Below, in pieces: positions 61,638-64,000 of a DNA stretch of 64,000 nucleotides. Position numbers and translations under genes: made by a program. Under the pieces are notes generated by a model that was not told the origin of the DNA, ran no database searches, and saw nothing but the letters and a program-made list of their open reading frames with translations. The stretch is taken from positions 219 through 64,218 of the forward strand of contig JANOIR010000077.1 of NCBI GenBank assembly GCA_031407765.1, given 5' to 3'. Source of the DNA: Vicinamibacteraceae bacterium. Its GTDB lineage: Bacteria > Acidobacteriota > Vicinamibacteria > Vicinamibacterales > Vicinamibacteraceae. Positions within the stretch are counted from its first letter, which is position 1. The number at the start of each line of letters is the position of its first letter.

Positions 61638-62339
61638 ATGGCGCGCGGGTCGCTGCTCGCGGAGCGTGTGCTGTTCGGCGTGCCGCGCGCGGGCGCGGAT
61701 CCGGCGAGTCTCGCAGGCGTTTGCCGAGCGCTCGCGATGCCTGAGCCGTACCTTGCCGCCTTCGAGGGAGGCCTCGCGGAGGCCGACACCGTGCACTTCG
61801 GCTTCGAAGCGGGAGAGGGCCTGCTGTACAAGGTTTACCTGGAGTACGCGCGCCGATACCACGGCGCGCCTCGGGGCGGGCCGCCGGTCGTGCTGCACCA
61901 CGCCTACAAGTGGGACGCGTCGGATCCGCGCCGCCGTGCGGTCGCGCGCTACGAATGCTTTCCAGGCCTGCCGGCAGCCGGCATCCGTGCGCGGCTGGCT
62001 GCGCTATATGGCCATCGGGGCGCGCCCTCGCAGGCCGCCGCGTGCGCCGCGCTCGACCTTGCCGGCCGGCGCAGCGTCAAGCCGCTGATGTACCTGGAGG
62101 TCGCGGAAGAGGGCAATCCCCGCGCATCGTTCGACCTCAACCTGCATCCGGCCGACCTCCGCGTGGCCGACCTGGAGGCCGGGTTGCGGGAACTGCAGCA
62201 GCGCTATGCCATCGCCGAGGACGCGTTCGAGCCGGTGTGGGAGAACGTCCGTGGGCAGGCGCTCGGCCACGTCGCCGGCGGCACGAGCCGCGGGGGCGGC
62301 GATTTCTTCACCGTCTACCACGGCGTCGGGGCGCCTTGA
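61638..62339 (+). CDS. Hypothetical protein (233 aa from ATG 61638; in-frame CTG at 61584 also possible)
   Basis: This is the downstream part of track ORF 60924..62339, which overlaps the adaptor gene in another frame before 61566. Coding-type GC3 bias. No recognised family. Ends ...GGTSRGGGDFFTVYHGVGAP. Confidence 0.55.
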   Translation: MARGSLLAERVLFGVPRAGADPASLAGVCRALAMPEPYLAAFEGGLAEADTVHFGFEAGEGLLYKVYLEYARRYHGAPRGGPPVVLHHAYKWDASDPRRRAVARYECFPGLPAAGIRARLAALYGHRGAPSQAAACAALDLAGRRSVKPLMYLEVAEEGNPRASFDLNLHPADLRVADLEAGLRELQQRYAIAEDAFEPVWENVRGQALGHVAGGTSRGGGDFFTVYHGVGAP

Positions 62340-62911
62340 ATCCCTTCGTTGTGGCGGTCGCCGGGCCGATCGGCGCGGGCAAGTCGACGCTCGTGCGTGG
62401 TCTCGCCGCGCGCCTGCCCCAGGCCGCGGCAATCTACATGGACGACTACGAGCAGTTCACCAGACAGCCGCTCGACGAGGTGCGCCGCTGGCTGCGCGAA
62501 GGGGCCGATCCCAACCGGCTGCCCATCCCCGGCCTCGCCGAGAAGCTGGCGGCCCTGAAGAGCGGGCCGGACCGCTTCCTCGTCTTCGAGACGCAGTTCG
62601 GCCGCACGCACGCCGCGACTGCCTGCCATATCGACTTCCTCGTCTGGATCGACCTGCCGCTGGAGTTCGCGCATGCGCGCAAGCTCGCGCAAATGGGGGC
62701 TGCGGCCGACGTCCGAGATCCGGCCGGTGCTGCGGATTTCCTCGCCTGGATCACCGGCTACGAGGCGAGCTACGCCGACGTGGTTGAGCCTGCGCTGCGC
62801 ATTCAGCGCGAGACCGTGCGCGCCGGCGCGGATCTCGTGGTCGATGGCGTGCGCAAGCCCGCGGTGCTCCTCTCGCAGATCGAATCCGCCGTGCTCGCCG
62901 GGCGTCGCTAG
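62336..62911 (+). CDS. P-loop NTPase / nucleoside-kinase-like protein (uridine kinase-like fold)
   Basis: This is the downstream part of track ORF 61910..62911. TTG 62336 (TTGA overlap with the upstream stop) or GTG 62351 as start. Walker A VAVAGPIGAGKSTLV directly at the N-terminus. IYMDDY and a DFLVWIDLPLE (Walker-B-like) segment, as in small P-loop kinases. Confidence 0.65.
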   Translation: MNPFVVAVAGPIGAGKSTLVRGLAARLPQAAAIYMDDYEQFTRQPLDEVRRWLREGADPNRLPIPGLAEKLAALKSGPDRFLVFETQFGRTHAATACHIDFLVWIDLPLEFAHARKLAQMGAAADVRDPAGAADFLAWITGYEASYADVVEPALRIQRETVRAGADLVVDGVRKPAVLLSQIESAVLAGRR

Positions 62912-62990
62912 GCGCAGGCCTTGATCGTGGTCAAGGCCGGACGCGGGCCGGCTCTCTCACAATGCGTCGTCCAAAATTGGGGAGCACCGC

Positions 62991-64000
62991 ATGGCGTCCG
63001 ATATCGAGATCGCACAGGCTGCGAAGATGCAGCGCATTTCCAAGGTGGCGCTGGAAAAGCTCGGCATCGCCGAAGAGCACCTTGAGCCTTACGGCCACTA
63101 CAAGGCCAAGGTCTCGCTGCCGTTTCTCGATACCCTGAAGTCGAAGAAGAACGGCAAGCTGATCCTGGTGACCGCGATCAGCCCGACGCCCGCGGGCGAG
63201 GGCAAGACCACCACCACCGTGGGCCTGGGCGACGCGCTGAACCACATCGGCAAGAAGGCGATCATCTGCCTGCGCGAGCCCTCGCTCGGGCCCGTGTTCG
63301 GCGTGAAGGGCGGCGCCGCCGGCGGCGGCTACGCGCAGATCGTGCCGATGGAGGACATCAACCTGCACTTCACCGGCGACTTCGGCGCGATCCAGCTCGC
63401 GAACAACCTGCTCGCCGCGCTGATCGACAACCATATCAGCCACGGCAACGAACTCGGCATCGACGTGCGCCGCATCCAATGGAAGCGCGTGCTCGACATG
63501 AACGACCGCGCGCTGCGCGACATCACCGTGGGTCTGGGCGGCACCGCCAACGGCTATCCCCGGCAGGATGGCTTCGACATCGTGGTCGCCTCCGAGGTGA
63601 TGGCGATCTTCTGCCTCGCCACCTCGCTGGAGGACCTGAAGAAGCGCCTCGGCAACATCGTGGTGGGCTATACGCGCGAGCAGAAACCGGTCACGGCGAA
63701 GGACCTGAAGGGACACGGCGCCATGACGGTGCTGCTGAAGGACGCGCTGGCGCCCAACCTCGTGCAGACGCTGGAGAACAACCCCGCGTTCGTGCACGGC
63801 GGCCCCTTCGCCAACATCGCGCACGGCTGCAATTCGGTGCTCGCCACGCAGAGTGCGCTAAAGCTGGCCGACTACGTGGTGACCGAGGCGGGCTTCGGCG
63901 CCGATCTTGGCGCGGAGAAATTCCTCGATATCAAGTGCCGCAAGACCGGCCTGATGCCGAGCGCCGCGGTGATCGTGGCGACCATGCGGGCGCTCAAGTA
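62991..64000 (+). CDS. fhs: Formate--tetrahydrofolate ligase (N-terminal 336 aa; 3' end outside the window)
   Basis: Not in the ORF track because no stop is reached. Manual translation from ATG 62991 (GGGGAG RBS 62979-62984) gives [20 protein letters not shown]...[25 protein letters not shown]...[38 protein letters not shown], the classic FTHFS signatures. Confidence 0.9.
   Translation, partial: MASDIEIAQAAKMQRISKVALEKLGIAEEHLEPYGHYKAKVSLPFLDTLKSKKNGKLILVTAISPTPAGEGKTTTTVGLGDALNHIGKKAIICLREPSLGPVFGVKGGAAGGGYAQIVPMEDINLHFTGDFGAIQLANNLLAALIDNHISHGNELGIDVRRIQWKRVLDMNDRALRDITVGLGGTANGYPRQDGFDIVVASEVMAIFCLATSLEDLKKRLGNIVVGYTREQKPVTAKDLKGHGAMTVLLKDALAPNLVQTLENNPAFVHGGPFANIAHGCNSVLATQSALKLADYVVTEAGFGADLGAEKFLDIKCRKTGLMPSAAVIVATMRALK

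Noticed and set aside
60924-62335. N-terminal extensions of track ORFs 60924..62339 and 61910..62911
   Set aside because: The upstream parts overlap the adaptor gene and the 233-aa orphan in other frames and are Arg/Gly-rich. The real products most plausibly start at 61638 (or CTG 61584) and at 62336/62351.
7752-62911. Calling the locus a canonical type I secretion system or a Lap-type (LapBCE/LapDG) adhesin system
   Set aside because: No ABC transporter (Walker A/B plus an LSGGQ signature in a TM-fused protein), no LapG-like cysteine protease and no LapD-like GGDEF/EAL receptor is encoded in the window. An ABC component outside the window cannot be excluded, so the point is kept as a hypothesis in the findings rather than as a feature.
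1676-62990. Annotating the 61-kb block as a mobile genomic island
   Set aside because: No integrase, transposase, tRNA, conjugation gene or flanking direct repeat was seen. Composition appears uniform with the flanking housekeeping genes.
62931-63824. 297-aa minus-strand ORF
   Set aside because: It lies antisense to an unmistakable formate--tetrahydrofolate ligase reading frame ([33 protein letters not shown]) that is missing from the track only because it runs off the window end.

Overview
High-GC, strongly GC3-biased bacterial (proteobacteria-like) DNA. Two C1-metabolism genes sit at the window edges: a 5'-truncated formate dehydrogenase alpha subunit (1-1675) and a 3'-truncated formate--tetrahydrofolate ligase (62991-64000). 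About 61 kb of accessory genes lie between them, almost all on the + strand. (i) 1686-7752 is a tailoring-enzyme cluster: 2OG-Fe(II)-oxygenase-like protein, flavin-dependent halogenase (the only real minus-strand gene), O-methyltransferase, an unknown protein, a radical SAM enzyme and a SapC-family protein. (ii) A TolC-family outer-membrane channel (7752-9104) starts on the sapC stop codon. (iii) One uninterrupted 45-kb ORF (9122-54280, 15,052 codons in the supplied track) encodes a giant repeat protein with no signal peptide. It has an N-terminal DUF4347-like domain, GGxGxD calcium-binding-type repeats at both ends, about 10 kb of Gly/Ala-rich beta-helix-type repeats arranged as a ~760-nt higher-order tandem repeat, at least 24 copies of a ~105-115 aa module I cannot assign to a family, PPC-like, Calx/cadherin-like and FlgD-Ig-like domains, and an atypical low-complexity C-terminal tail. 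(iv) 54362-62911 is a tightly coupled operon: a DUF3467-like small protein, a tandem-GAF::HlyD-type adaptor, a PqqD-like::M50 (site-2-protease)::HlyD-type adaptor fusion, a C-terminally shortened SecA paralogue, a third periplasmic adaptor, an unknown protein and a P-loop kinase-like protein. No ABC transporter is present in the window. The main hypothesis is that tolC, the three adaptors, the M50 protease and the SecA-like ATPase form a non-canonical envelope-spanning export and processing machine, with the giant protein as the likely cargo. No rRNA, tRNA, CRISPR array, transposase or integrase was seen. The many very long antisense and off-frame ORFs in the track are codon-bias shadows of the real genes.
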